The position numbers and the translations under genes are program-made. Source: Octopus sinensis (lineage: Eukaryota). Taken from it: DNA of 64,000 nucleotides. Below the pieces are notes generated by a model. The model worked only from the letters and a program-made list of their open reading frames with translations, had not been told where the DNA came from and did no database searches. Positions 40,460 through 53,930 of this stretch are shown here, one piece after another. The DNA lies in NCBI RefSeq assembly GCF_006345805.1, contig NC_043008.1, positions 21,204,001 to 21,268,000 on the forward strand, written 5' to 3'. Every line of letters starts with the position of its first letter. The stretch's first letter is position 1.

Positions 40460-40690
40460 GAAGCTAAAAGACAATCATCCCTGACTACTTCTGGTGTTAC
40501 CAATGTAAGCACGTCACCCACAGTTAATGTTACTTCTACTACTACTACCATTACCACTGCTGCTTCTTCAGTTACCAACATTAAAACCAGTCTCCAGCAG
40601 AGCCAACTGATTACCACATCATTTCCACCTTCAAACTCTGTTAGATCAGCGGGGACGAAATTCTCCTCACCAAAACTCATTACCAAAGAG
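40460..40690 (+). CDS. Probable internal coding exon, Ser/Thr-rich, 77 aa, phase 0-0
   Basis: tttgtctttAG|GAA...GAG|GTaaat; 231 nt open: EAKRQSSLTTSGVTNVSTSPTVNVTSTTTTITTAASSVTNIKTSLQQSQLITTSFPPSNSVRSAGTKFSSPKLITKE. Confidence 0.7.
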
Positions 40691-41479
40691 GTAAATGTTT
40701 TATTTGTATATGTTTAAGAAGTACAGGGTTCGTCATCATTTCTTAACATCTATTTTTTTCTTTCATGCTGCCATGGGTTGGACATCTTGATAGGATCCAA
40801 CCATGCCCTGGGTTGTTGTAGGGTGAGTAATAAAATAACTCATTAGGACTTACTGAGGGGATGACATGGGACCTTCAAGCCCTGTTAGATCAACAGGGAC
40901 AAAATTCTCCTCACCAAAACTCATTACCAAAGAGGTAAATGTTTTATTTGTATATGTTTAAGAAGTACAGGGTTCGTCATCATTTCTAAACATCTATTTT
41001 TTTTCATGCTGCCATGGGTTGGACATCTTGATAGGATCCAACCCATGCCCTGGGTTTTAGTAGGGAGAGTAATAAAATAAACTCATTAGGACTTACTGAG
41101 GGGATGGCATGGGACCAGGTCTCCTGGTGGTTTGCTGTGCTTGAAGAAACACATCAACCTAAGTAAAAGCGTGGTTGTCCTTGCATATAAGATTGTCCCT
41201 TGTATCCCTCTCCAGTTGGGCATTCCTAACCTTGCATGGGTGTTGGGGCCATGTGAAAAGTACCCGTACTGGTGTCACGTAAATGCACTCATGCTGGTGC
41301 TGCTTAAAAGTACTCAGTACACTCTGTAGAGTGGTTGGCATTAGGAAGGGCATCCAGCCGTAGAAACCATGCCAAAACAGACGTAGAGCCTGGGCTTCTC
41401 TTCAGCTGGTCAGCTCCTGCCAAACCATCCAACCCATGCCAGCATGAAAAACAGATATTGCATGATGATGATGACATAT

Positions 41480-41810
41480 ATATTCTTTCATTTTTGTTTT
41501 TATTTCTTATGTTTTAGTCCATTTTTCCACGCTTGGCCTTCCTGACACTATTTTGTTTTTCAAAGAAAGGATATATATATATATATCCTTCGCCGTGATA
41601 GATCGTTAGCCACTACACACATTTTTTCTCTCCTTGTTTCTCTACTTGTTTCTTTCTGTGCTCCTTTCTGTGGAAGAGCCTAGGCTCGAAACGTTAGACT
41701 TTTTCAATTCCCGAGGGTTATACTAATACATCTGTTTGTTTTCTACACCACCTGTCTTCGTCTTTTGTTTTTTTGTGAATTCTCCCTGTATATATAAATA
41801 TATATATATA
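41480..41810 (+). mobile_element. Penelope-like remnant with hammerhead-like motif (41665-41698)
   Basis: ttt-CTGTGGA-a-gagc/ctag/gctc-GAA-ACGT-T-aga. Confidence 0.6.
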
Positions 41811-41839
41811 TATTTAATTATACACACACACACACATAT

Positions 41840-41881
<42 letters not shown>

Positions 41882-42001
41882 AAAAAGTTTTGTGACTTTA
41901 GTTTGTAAAAGCACAAATAATTCATGGTATTTTATATAGATGAGAACTGTATTGCTGTCTAACCCTTGAATTAATATTTAATTAAATATATTTGTCTTTA
42001 G

Positions 42002-42232
42002 GAAGCTAAAAGACAATCATCCCTGACTACTTCTGGTGTTACCAATGTAAGCACGTCACCCACAGTTAATGTTACTTCTACTACTACTACCATTACCACT
42101 GCTGCTTCTTCAGTTACCAACATTAAAACCAGTCTCCAGCAGAGCCAACTGATTACCACATCATTTCCACCTTCAAACTCTGTTAGATCAGCGGGGACGA
42201 AATTCTCCTCACCAAAACTCATTACCAAAGAG
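42002..42232 (+). CDS. Second copy of the Ser/Thr-rich exon
   Basis: Appears identical to 40460-40690, splice sites intact; may be a haplotype or assembly duplicate. Confidence 0.6.
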
Positions 42233-43021
42233 GTAAATGTTTTATTTGTATATGTTTAAGAAGTACAGGGTTCGTCATCATTTCTTAACATCTATTTTCT
42301 TTCATGCTGCCATGGGTTGGACATCTTGATAGGATCCAACCCATGCCCTGGGTTGTTGTAGGGTGAGTAATAAAATAAACTCATTAGGACTTACTGAGGG
42401 GATGACATGGGACTTCAAGCCCTGTTAGATCAACAGGGACAAAATTCTCCTCACCAAAACTCATTACCAAAGAGGTAAATGTTTTATTTGTATATGTTTA
42501 AGAAGTACAGGGTTCGTCATCATTTCTAAACATCTATTTTTTTTCATGCTGCCATGGGTTGGACATCTTGATAGGATCCAACCCATGCCCTGGGTTGTAG
42601 TAGAGTGAGTAATAAAATAAACTCATTAGGACTTACTGAGGGGATGGCATGGGACCAAGTCTCCTGGTGGTTTGCTGTGCTTGAAGAAACACATCAAGCT
42701 AAGTAAAAGCATGGTTGTCCTTGCATACAAGATTGTCCCCTGTATCCCTCTCCAGCTGCGCATTCCTAACCTTGCATGGGTGTTGGTGCCATGTGAGAAG
42801 TACCCGTATTGATGCCACGTAAATGCACTCATGCTGGTGCTGCTTAAAAGTACTCAGCATTCCCTGTAGAGTGGTTGGCATTAGGAAGGGCATCCAGCTG
42901 TAAAAACCATGCCAAAACAGACATGGAGCCTGGGCTTCTCTTCAGCTGGCCAGCTCCTGCCAAACCATCCAACCCATGCCAGCACAGGAAACAGATATTG
43001 CATGATGATGATGATATATAT

Positions 43022-43335
43022 ATTCTTTCGTTTTTGTTTTTATTTCTTACGTTTTAGTCCATTTTTCCACGCTTGGCCTTCCTGACACTATTTTGTTTTT
43101 CAAAGAAAGGATATATATATATATATATCCTTCGCCGTGATAGATCGTTAGCCACTACACACATTTTTTCTCTCCTTGTTTCTCTACTTGTTTCTTTCTG
43201 TGCTCCTTTCTGTGGAAGAGCCTAGGCTCGAAACGTTAGACTTTTTCAATTCCCGAGGGTTATACTAATACATCTGTTTGTTTTCTACACCACCTGTCTT
43301 CGTCTTTTGTTTTTTTGTGAATTCTCCCTGTATAT
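43022..43335 (+). mobile_element. Duplicate Penelope-like remnant with hammerhead-like motif (43207-43240)
   Basis: Copy of 41480-41810. Confidence 0.6.
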
Positions 43336-44029
43336 ATAAATATATATATATATATTTAATTATACACACACACACACATATATATATATATACATATACA
43401 TATATTATATATGTATGTGTGTTTGTGTTTTTATGTGTGTGTAGTGTAATGTATGGATTCGTATAATGGTGTGACTATTACAAAAAGCTCCTTCAGTGGA
43501 CTCGGCTAACATGCCACATAGTAATCCAATACAGAGGAGTTCCATGCAGTTGAAATCTGGGAGATCCTATCAATGAAACTTTATCATGAGGCATCAGAAG
43601 GTATAAGAAGTGAATATATTTATTTAACCAGTTGTCATCCTTAGGAGCTTTCTTCATGTAATAATAATTCCAGTGTACATCTTTTATCTTTTGTTTGTTT
43701 CAGTCATTAGACTGCAGCCATACTGGAGCATATGTTTACATGTCTGCTCTAATATGCATGCTATACATTATACAGTAAAATTGTATGTTCACAAATCATG
43801 GCAGGTACAGAAAGCTGGCTCATCAGATCACCAGAACATTGCAGTTACACCAATGCTTCAAATTATCTACATTGGTTTGTGAATATTCAACTATATTGTA
43901 TAATGTGTTGCATACATCTTAGTGCAGACATGTAAACATAATTTGTTTAAACACCGAAATTATTATTACATAATTAAGGCTGTGAAACAGCTGTAATCCT
44001 AAAGATGACAAGTAGTTAAATAAATTTAC

Positions 44030-44113
44030 TCACCTCTCATACCTCCTGACTTTTTATGGTATATATACATATGTGTATATATAAGCCATTAAAGTCAGGA
44101 TGTATGAGAAGTG
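44030..44113. other. 84-bp near-perfect hairpin
   Basis: tcacctctcatacctcctgactttttatgg versus reverse complement of the right arm tcacttctcatacatcctgactttaatgg. Confidence 0.8.
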
Positions 44114-44294
44114 AAGATATATTTATTTATCCATGTGACATACTTATCATTATATCCCCTCCAGTTCATGTCTACCCATGCTTTTCTCTTTCACTTTCTC
44201 TCCCCCTCTCTTTCTATTATATATATACTCACACATACACATGTACACACACATATACACATATATCTATGCATATATATATATATATATATAG

Positions 44295-44330
<36 letters not shown>

Positions 44331-44422
44331 ATAAACCTTGGGCAAGTGTCTTGTACTAAAGCCTCAGGTCAACCAAAGCTTTGTGAGTGGGTCTGGCAGA
44401 CGGAAACTGAAAGAAGCCTGTC

Positions 44423-44456
<34 letters not shown>

Positions 44457-44626
44457 GCATATGTATAAATGTGTGTGTATGTATGAGTATATCTGTGTGT
44501 GTGTATGTGTATATATATATATATAAACAAGACATTTAATTTAGATAGAGAATGTAGATATACAGAGTTTCTTACAGCTGTTTCTAGACTAGCTGAGCAT
44601 GTGAATAATCATGATGCTGTGGTGTA

Positions 44627-46106
44627 CATGGTCTGATCAATAAGTATCCGGACTGTTGCCATTGTAATGACACTAAAGCACACAGAGTGAAGCTCCTTTG
44701 CACAGATTGACCTCAAACTCTGCTGTGCGTGTGCACTAAGTTTTAATGTTCTAGCACACTTTCGCTGTTTACAGCAGTGTTTGGAAGGAATGTGTGTAAC
44801 ATGTGATTGCTGCATTGACCATGACACAGAAAGTTGAGACGAGAATCTGCATCAGATTTTGCCAAAGGCTTGGTGATACCTGCTCAGAGGGTTACGCAAA
44901 GTTTTAAAATGTTTTCACTATTCTTGACACAATCAGGGAGATCTTGTGCAACTGAAACCCGAGTGTCTTTTTGGTCAGCTGAAAGCAGTTTTGGCACAAA
45001 CTTGGCAGGCATGCATCTCATACCCAAATCTTCAGTGATAATGGAATGAACTGAACCGTAATTATTCTGCACATCCTCTGACAACTCACCGATGGTGATT
45101 TGACAATTTCCCCTCAAAGCTGCATGCATATCTGCAATGTTTTTTGCAGTTCTACTGACTGCAGGTTTCCCAGAACAATCATCAATATTGGCATTTTTGT
45201 AGCAATCTTAGAAACATCTGAACCACCCGTACACTTGTGTGTGGCTAATAAACTCCTCTCCACAAACTTTCTGCAACTTTGCCTAGGCCTCTGAGTACGT
45301 ATCGCCATGACAACATTTTCTGTCATGGTCAATGGGACAATCACACATTACACACATTATTTCCAAGCACTGCTATAAACAGGACAAGTGAGCTAGAATG
45401 TTAAAACGTAGTGTACATGCACAGCAGAAGTCAAGGTCAAGGCGGCGAGCTGGCAGAAATGTTAGCACGCCGGGCGAAATGCTTAGCGGTATTTCGTCTG
45501 CCGCTACGTTCTGAGTTCAAATTCCTCCGAGGTCGACTTTACCTATCATCCTTTCGGGGTCGATAAATTAAGTACCAGTTACGCACTAGGGTCAATGTAA
45601 TCAACTTAATCCATTTGTCTGTCCTTGTTTGTCCCCTCTGTGTTTAGCCCCTTGTGGGTAGTAAAGAAATAGGTATTTCATCTGCCGCTACGTTCTGAGT
45701 TCAAATTCATCGGGGGCGATAAATTAAGTACCAGTTACACTCTGAGGTCGATGTAATTGACTTAATCCGTTTTTCTGTCCTTGTTTGTCCCCTCTGTGTT
45801 TAGCTCCTTGTGGGAAATAAAGAAATAGGTATTTCGTCTGCCACTACATTCTGAGTTCAAATTCCGCCGAGGTCGACTTTGCCTTTCATCCTTTCGGGGT
45901 CAATTTAATAAGTACCAGTTACGCACTGGGGTCGATATAATCGACTTAATCCGTTTGTCTGTCCTTGTTTGTCCCCTCTATATTTTGCCCCTTGTGGGCA
46001 ATAAAGAAATAAGAAGTCAAGGTCAATATGTGCCAAGCAGCTTTACTCTGTATGCTTTAGCTTTGTTACTATGGCAACAGTCAGGATACTTATTAATCAG
46101 ACCTCA
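44627..46106. mobile_element. Palindromic mariner derivative made of two inverted 5' halves, interrupted by a SINE
   Basis: TIR-like ends catggtctgatcaataagtatcc / ggatacttattaatcagacctca; plus arm encodes MTQKVETRICIRFCQRLG; minus arm encodes ELSEDV..NYGSVHSIITEDLGMRCMPAKFVPKLLSADQKDTRV. Confidence 0.85.
45439..46011 (+). mobile_element. Multimeric (about 3-unit) SINE family B insertion with 15-bp TSD
   Basis: agaagtcaaggtcaa at 45426-45440 and 46012-46026; internal unit repeated. Confidence 0.9.
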
Positions 46107-46989
46107 TTGTCTAATTAAGCATGGACTCAGTATTCACAGACATGAGTTTTTATGCAACAAACTGGGCCAAATGGAAACAAACATAAATAAATCTTAAATT
46201 CACTCAGGGCGTCCCATACTGAATAATGTCATCCACCTGTTAGTGTTTAGCTATATTGATTTTTGAAGGAAGATATTAAAGGAATCGTAATTCTCATGAC
46301 TTTCCAGTGGACATAAATAAAGGGAAATAGTTCTGAATGATAATGAAAATCTGTTGCAGGCAAAGATTATAGAGAACACAGCTATGTCCCATGATACTTG
46401 TTACGATTACATAGCCATCAGGTTATTGCCATAATTATTGAATAAGTATTTCCATAATCATGGCTGAAGGTCAAGAACCAGTCACAACCCATTCATTGCA
46501 TTTTTATACTCTCTTTGGGAGATATACGAACAATTGGAATTCAGTTCTTCTCTTTCTTCTGCCTTATTTACTGATGGGTTAGCTTAAAGTCTTTATCTTG
46601 TCTTGGATACTTAAGGGCAGAGAAGATTTAAATTTGGAGTTCTTCTCTTAATGTTCAATCCCAGATCATCCACCAAGTTCAACTTCTTGTTCTGCTTTCT
46701 CCTTGAGGCATGCTTTAACAAAAGCTAAAGGGTGCCTTACTCCCAATGATCTAACATCACACCAGACCCAACCAAATTGTAATTTCTAAGCTCCCACATA
46801 ACATATATACATATATATATATATATATGTTAGGAAGGGCATCCAGCCGTAGAAACACTGCCAGATCAGACTGGGCCTGATGCAGCCTTCTGGCTTCACA
46901 GACCCCAGTTGAACCATCCAACCCATGCTAGCATGGAAAGCGGATGTTAAACGATGATGATGATGATGATGTATGTATGTATTTATATA

Positions 46990-47672
<683 letters not shown>

Positions 47673-48473
47673 TATATATATATAAAGATAAATATTAGAT
47701 ATTTTAAGACATTTAGTCCAGTAGCACACCACTGTTTCTGCTTCTCCCTCTCTCTTTTTTTCCATGCTTTATTTTGTTAATATTTCTTCAACAAAATATT
47801 CCAGATAAATGTGTCTGGGTGTGTTTACATACAAATATTACCAAACAATAGACTATTTGTTATTCAAATGTCAATATAATTTCCTTTTAACAAAAATTTA
47901 ATTTAGTAGTTATGATATTTAATTCTTTGTATTTAACTTTTCATTTCTATATCGTTTCCTTTTTTTTTCTTTATCTTTCTCTGATTTCATTAAACTGCCA
48001 TACTATTGTATGGTGTTGTATTTATTGTATTTATTGATATAATTTTGACAAAAATACATAATTATTTACTTAAGGAAAGTGGTAGCAATTTTTTTTTTAA
48101 TATTTCATTAACGACTTTATATATTTCTTTCTTTTGTAACGTAATGAATACAATGAAAACAAGTTCATAAGGCAAGCCAGTCTGTAAGTGTGAGAGAATA
48201 GCAATAAAATATTGAATGTCAGTGAATTCTTGCTTCTTAATAAGAAAATGTTGGTGTTATAAGCTGAGAGACGATTTACTTTAATATGAGGTGTGTGAAT
48301 GTTTTGTTATATTTTTGTGTATGATAATAGCATAGAATACCGAAGTATGGAGCACCAACAAAGAACATGTTAATCTGTTAAATCGTGTGTAATGGGTGCA
48401 TCATTAGCACCATTGCCAATACTCTCTGGTGAACTGGCAGGGTCATTAGAGCATTGAGTAGAATCAAAATCCC

Positions 48474-48631
48474 CCTCCTCCCCCTCCTCCCCCTCCTCTC
48501 CGCCTACTCCTCCTCCCTGCCTCCTCCTCTCCGCCTCCTCCCCTCCGCCTCCTCCCCTCCACCCCTCCCCTCCTCCTCCTCCTCACCATCATCATCATCA
48601 CCACCACCATCATCATCATCATCATCACCAT

Positions 48632-48685
<54 letters not shown>

Positions 48686-48686
48686 G
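48474..48686. repeat. C-rich (CCT)n then (CAT)n microsatellite
   Basis: Direct inspection; the CAT part is an RTE-type tail on the minus strand. Confidence 0.9.
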
Positions 48687-49472
48687 TAGTACCCGCTTTC
48701 CATGCTGGCATGGGTTAGACGGTTTGACTGAGAATGGTAAGCTGGAGAGCCGCACCGAGTTCCAGTCTGATTTGGTGTGGTTACTATGGTTGGATGCCCT
48801 TCTTAATGCTAATCACTCCAAGAGTGTAATGGGTGCTCTTTATGTGCCACCAGCATTAGAGCCAGTTGTGTGACACTGGCATCAGCCACAACTATGATTT
48901 CACCTGGCTTGACGAATCTTCTCAAGCATGGAATATTGCCAAGGGTTTCATTGTTCCAATTCTATGATTGAATTGAAATCCTACCGAGGTCAATGTTGCT
49001 GTCCTTCCTTTTGGGGGGTGGGGATAGAAAAGTAGCAATCCATGGTGATGTGTTGGCAAAACTGTAAGAACATCAGACCAGTTGTTTTGCAATATCTGTT
49101 TCAGCCCTTTGCACTAAGATTTCAAATCCCACCATTGTTTATTTCGGTACTAGACACAATCTGTTACCTTGTTTAACACCACTATTACCCCTGGCATCTC
49201 TGGGAATTTTTGCAGAATCCACTCTGTTGCAAGCAGTTGAACTAACACTTTGTTTTAGGATACGTTCCTTACTTCTCTCAGTCTTGGAGTCCCTGTAAAA
49301 AGATCATGGAGACTGCATTCCATCCTTGTAAAAGACAAGAAAAAATTTCAAACAACAAAAAAATTGGATGCTATTTCTTTTCTCAATGATTATTCATTGT
49401 GAACTTCTTCTATATGGGGAAGAAATTCCAGGGATTTAGAGCTTTCTGTGAAGAACAACAGAACAAACAGTG

Positions 49473-49662
49473 CTATATTTCATGGTACTTAAGACACACC
49501 TTTCCCCTGACCAAAATGTCTCAAAAATCACCTCAGCTTTTGTATACAAAATTGGGTTTCCCACATGCTTTAATGCACTAAAAACTGTTTTTCTCCTATG
49601 TACGCTGCTGAAATTGGGGTGCATCTAATATGCCCTTGCATCTTTTACACCATCAAATATAG
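49473..49662. mobile_element. pogo/Tigger-like MITE
   Basis: Inverted ends ctatatttcatggt / accatcaaatatag; internal aaattggggtgcatctaata. Confidence 0.55.
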
Positions 49663-51055
49663 TTTTTAAAGTGGAATCTGGGGTGTGTGATAGTGGTGGT
49701 GGTGGTGGGGGGGTAAGACATAGTACTGTTATGATTACTTGTTTGATTGTTTGAGTATCTATAACATGCTGAAACTCTGAATTCAAATTAAATTTTTTAT
49801 TTTTTAAAGAATGGTTGCCAAGTAAAATAAAACAATAATTTTCATTTTGTTTTTCAAAACAGCTCTTTTGTGCAAGTTATCATTAACTTTGTAAAATCAA
49901 TTTAATATTGTATGGTAGATTATAAAATCGACAACAGAATTAATTACAGCAAAATCAAAATACACACATAGGTACATGGCAACATGCTTTTGCATATATT
50001 AGTGATTCTAACTGTTAGTTGTGCAAAATAGAATCTATTACAGACTATATTGATAAGGGAAAAGTTTGTTTTTGTTTTTAGTCATTAACTTTTTGGTTAT
50101 AGTAGCATTTCTGTCTTTACATTCTGAGTTCAGATTCCACCGAGGTTGACTTAGCCCTTCATCCTTTCAGGGTTGATAAAATAAGTACCAGTTGAATACT
50201 GTGGTTAATGTAATTGACTTATCCACTCCCTCAAAATTGCCAGCCTTGGGTCAAAATTTGAAATCAAAATTGGGCCACTTTGCTTTTCATCTTTTTGGAG
50301 TCGATAAAATAAGTACCAGCTGAATGCTGGGGTTTGTGTAATTGACTTATGCCCTCCACTGATACTGCTGGTCTTATGCCAAAATTTGAACCCAATACTG
50401 GTCCTTCTGTTTCTTTAACTTTTTGATTGGTACCTTCATTTATGAGAATTTTCAGTTTGTTGGTGTCTCCATCACCAGCATTACCCTTGTCTTTAAATAC
50501 AAATACATGCCAGAGTCTTCTGGAAGGGATTAACATTATTTTTTTTAGAGGTAATCCATTTCAGTTGTTTGTATTTCTTCAACACATGTAAAACTTTCTC
50601 TCTCAGTTCCTCTATTTCTGTTTCTTTCTTTAAAGTTTGTTAACCGAATATTCAATTTATTTTATGTTTCAGTAAGAAATCCATTCAATGCTTGTTGCAA
50701 ACTATAGCCCTCTGTTTGGCACCAGTTTTGGGGATTCGGTCAATTGCTTTTTACTAAGATTTTACTTGTTTACTTGTTCGTGCTATATTTTCCCTTCTGA
50801 AGAATCTTTATCTTCTTGAGAATCTGTAGTCATTGATGTGGGCTACTACAGCCTTATCAAATTTTATTATTGTGAGATGGGCATACAAGGTCATGGTTAC
50901 TCTGAAAGGATCCTTGAATCTTAATTGAATTTTTCTGTGTTATTGATTGAATTTTATGATTTGTGTTTCAGCCATTGGTGTCAGTTTAGATTGGATTATT
51001 CCTGACCTGCAAGCTCTTTGCTCTTATCTGCTTGTCACAATACCATGATTTAAAG

Positions 51056-51310
51056 CAGTGGTTTTCAACATGGGTCCACTTGACCCTTGTGGGTCCATAA
51101 AAGGTTTTCTTGTTAAAATTTATCTGCAATAAATTGGCCATACTTGTATAATGCACAACATATTTTAACAAATTTTCATACAGCTGCTAATAATATTTAA
51201 TCATAAAAATATAATGGGATCTTTTAAAACATCAAAGGGCTACAAAGATCCAGCAGAGTAAAATAAGATTCAAAGGGAACCATAGGCAAAAAAGGGGTTG
51301 AGAATCACTG
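51056..51310. mobile_element. hAT (Charlie-like) MITE
   Basis: TIRs cagtggttttcaac / gttgagaatcactg; 8-bp TSD atttaaag / atttaaaa. Confidence 0.85.
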
Positions 51311-52339
51311 ATTTAAAAGAAAGGTAATTTGATGTTTATGATATCTTTTTATATTCCTCACCCTAGTTTTTTATCAGAAGTTGATAAATATCTTAACATC
51401 TGAGATGGGTTGTTGTTAATGAGAAAAATAATAGTTTTTCTCAAGTTGTTTGTTCTGTAATCATAAAAACTTTCTGCAATTATCTGGAGTTAATTTCATA
51501 TATTTACAATAAACAAATGTTTATCAATGTTTTTGCTTGTAAAATAGATTTTCTTTTCCTGCATTAGTTATATATAAATTTTTTTTACCACACATGGCAC
51601 GACAGTTTTGGAGAAATGTTATGGTTCTAATTCACTTAGCAAGTCTTTTAGTATTTAGTATAAGTGGTACACTTGAGAAGATCGTCTGAAAGTTTTTTAC
51701 TTGTGCAACAATAATGATATTTGGAAGCAATTATCTGTATCTGTTATGTTAAATACTATATAGAGATTAGTCATGAAATAAAACTAGTTTAATTTCCATT
51801 GATTATATCCACAAACAGCTAGAGAAATACATGCAAAGACAAACACACCAAACACACACACAAACACTGACAAACTGATTTATAACAAATTCGGTTTCCC
51901 ATTTCAGAAAACCTAAAGTAGATAGAAAAAAAGAAAATTACAAACTTTATCTCTTCATAAATATAAAACTATGCTTCCTCTGTTATAATGTGATACAATT
52001 TTGACCTCAGTTGTAAGGTTGTATTATCGGGATAATAATGTTATCCAAAATATCCTAAATTGTCTCCAGAAAACATTTTCTTTTCTTGTATCACATTATA
52101 CTGCAATCTCCTTATCCGAGACCCTATTGGTTGTTTTAAAGTGCTGTTTTTGACAGCACAATCTTGGTTCTTTGGATAATTACTTAAAACATAATTTAAG
52201 TAATTCTCTAATAATTAACGTCTTTCAATGAATTCTTATCTCATGCTTTACTTCTGTTATTTAATGTTTGTTTTCTTTGGTAACCTACACTTGAATGCAT
52301 TAAAATACACTCACAAGCAGACACACAGACACACACACA

Positions 52340-52403
52340 CATGCACATATATATATACATATATATACATATTTGTATCTAAATATATATTTAGATAGAT
52401 ATG

Positions 52404-52452
<49 letters not shown>

Positions 52453-52459
52453 TATATAT

Positions 52460-52519
<60 letters not shown>

Positions 52520-52529
52520 ATATATATAC

Positions 52530-52560
<31 letters not shown>

Positions 52561-52578
52561 CACACATATATATATATT
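52340..52578. repeat. (TA)n microsatellite
   Basis: Direct inspection. Confidence 0.95.
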
Positions 52579-53123
52579 TATGTTCTAGTCATTTCTACAA
52601 TTGTTTTAGTATGTGCTTAACTGTAAGAAACCAATACTGAAGTATGTTATTCATCTGTCATCCTTACTATCATTTGTGTTCCGGCTGTTGCATAAGGATG
52701 TACTATGCTGTACTAGGTTTGGCTGGCACGAACAGAAAAAGTCTCTTTCTCCCTCACTCTAAACAAACTTAATTACGTCCCCACTATACTGTTACCGGCA
52801 CCATCAACTCTATGTCTAGTTTATCTCAGCCTTCCTCTTTATGTTGCTATCAATAACACAACATTATTCTTACCAATTCCTCAACTTTGACTATCTCATT
52901 TATATTTCACTAACCTGATAAACAAATTTTATTGCCCGACTTGCTAACAGCATGATTGCAGTGATTATGTTCCGTGGTTAATCATCATTATCATTTTATT
53001 GTCATCATCATCATCAGCAGTGGCAGTGGTGCGGTTGTTGTCGGTGGGGCTCACAGTGGTGTTATTGGCATTGTTGGTGGTGGCGGTGTCAGCATAGTCA
53101 CAGTGGCATCATCATTATCATTG

Positions 53124-53155
<32 letters not shown>

Positions 53156-53594
53156 GTTTCATAGTCATCATTTCAACAGCTTTTCTACCATGCTGTTTTG
53201 AGTTGGCCTGAGCTATCTCATAGTACCTTGCTAATCATCTTAGTCTTTTCATGACCCAGCTATCCCATAGTACCTTGCTAATCATCTTAGTCTTTTCACG
53301 ACCCAGCATTTTCAGATCAGACTTCACTATTTCTTCCTGCCTTTCACCTTCTTCCATTATGGCCACCCTTCACCAGCAGTTCTTGCCATTTCTATCGCAA
53401 CATTCGTTGTCATTGTACATCACATATTTGCACCAATGCAGTGATTCTAGTCTGTTGCACATATTATCTGGTATCTTTAAAGGCCCAGTCATTCTCTGTC
53501 ATGGTCTTGGCTAACATCTAACATTACACACCTCAAAACTTCATACATTCCTTGTTAATTTTTTTTCTCTAGATTCCATAGAATTTCCACTTTC

Positions 53595-53930
53595 GTGTTG
53601 AGCCTCTTTCAAGTGTTGGGCCTCTTTCGAGTGTTGGGCTTCTTTCGAGTGTTGGTCCTCTTTTGAGTGTTGGTCCTCTTTCGAGTGTTGGTCCTCTTTC
53701 AAGTGTTGGTCCTCTTTCGAGTGTTGGACCTCTTTCGAGTGTTGGTCCTCTTTCGAGTGTTGGACCTCTTTTGAGTGTTGGGCCTCTTTTGAGTATTGGG
53801 CCTCTTTTGAGTATTGGGCCTCTTTTGAGTATTGGGCCTCTTTCAAGTATTAGGCCTCTTTCAAGTGTTGGGCTTCTTTTAAGTGTTGGGCCTCTTTCGA
53901 GTGTTGGGCCTTTTTTGAGTGTTGGGCCTC
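53595..53930. repeat. 18-bp minisatellite, about 18.5 units (gtgttgggcctctttcga)
   Basis: Units in register; minus strand reads (KEAQHS/KEDQHS)n. Confidence 0.95.

Larger units (their letters stand above)
40285..43395. repeat. Tandem duplication B, period 1542 bp, each unit with an internal ~240-bp sub-duplication
   Basis: Exon starts at 40460 and 42002; ctgttagatca...gggac repeated within each unit. Confidence 0.95.

Noticed and set aside
53595-53930. CRISPR-like appearance of regular arrays (also 1553-1909)
   Set aside because: Contiguous tandem units with no unique spacers, no cas genes, eukaryotic context.
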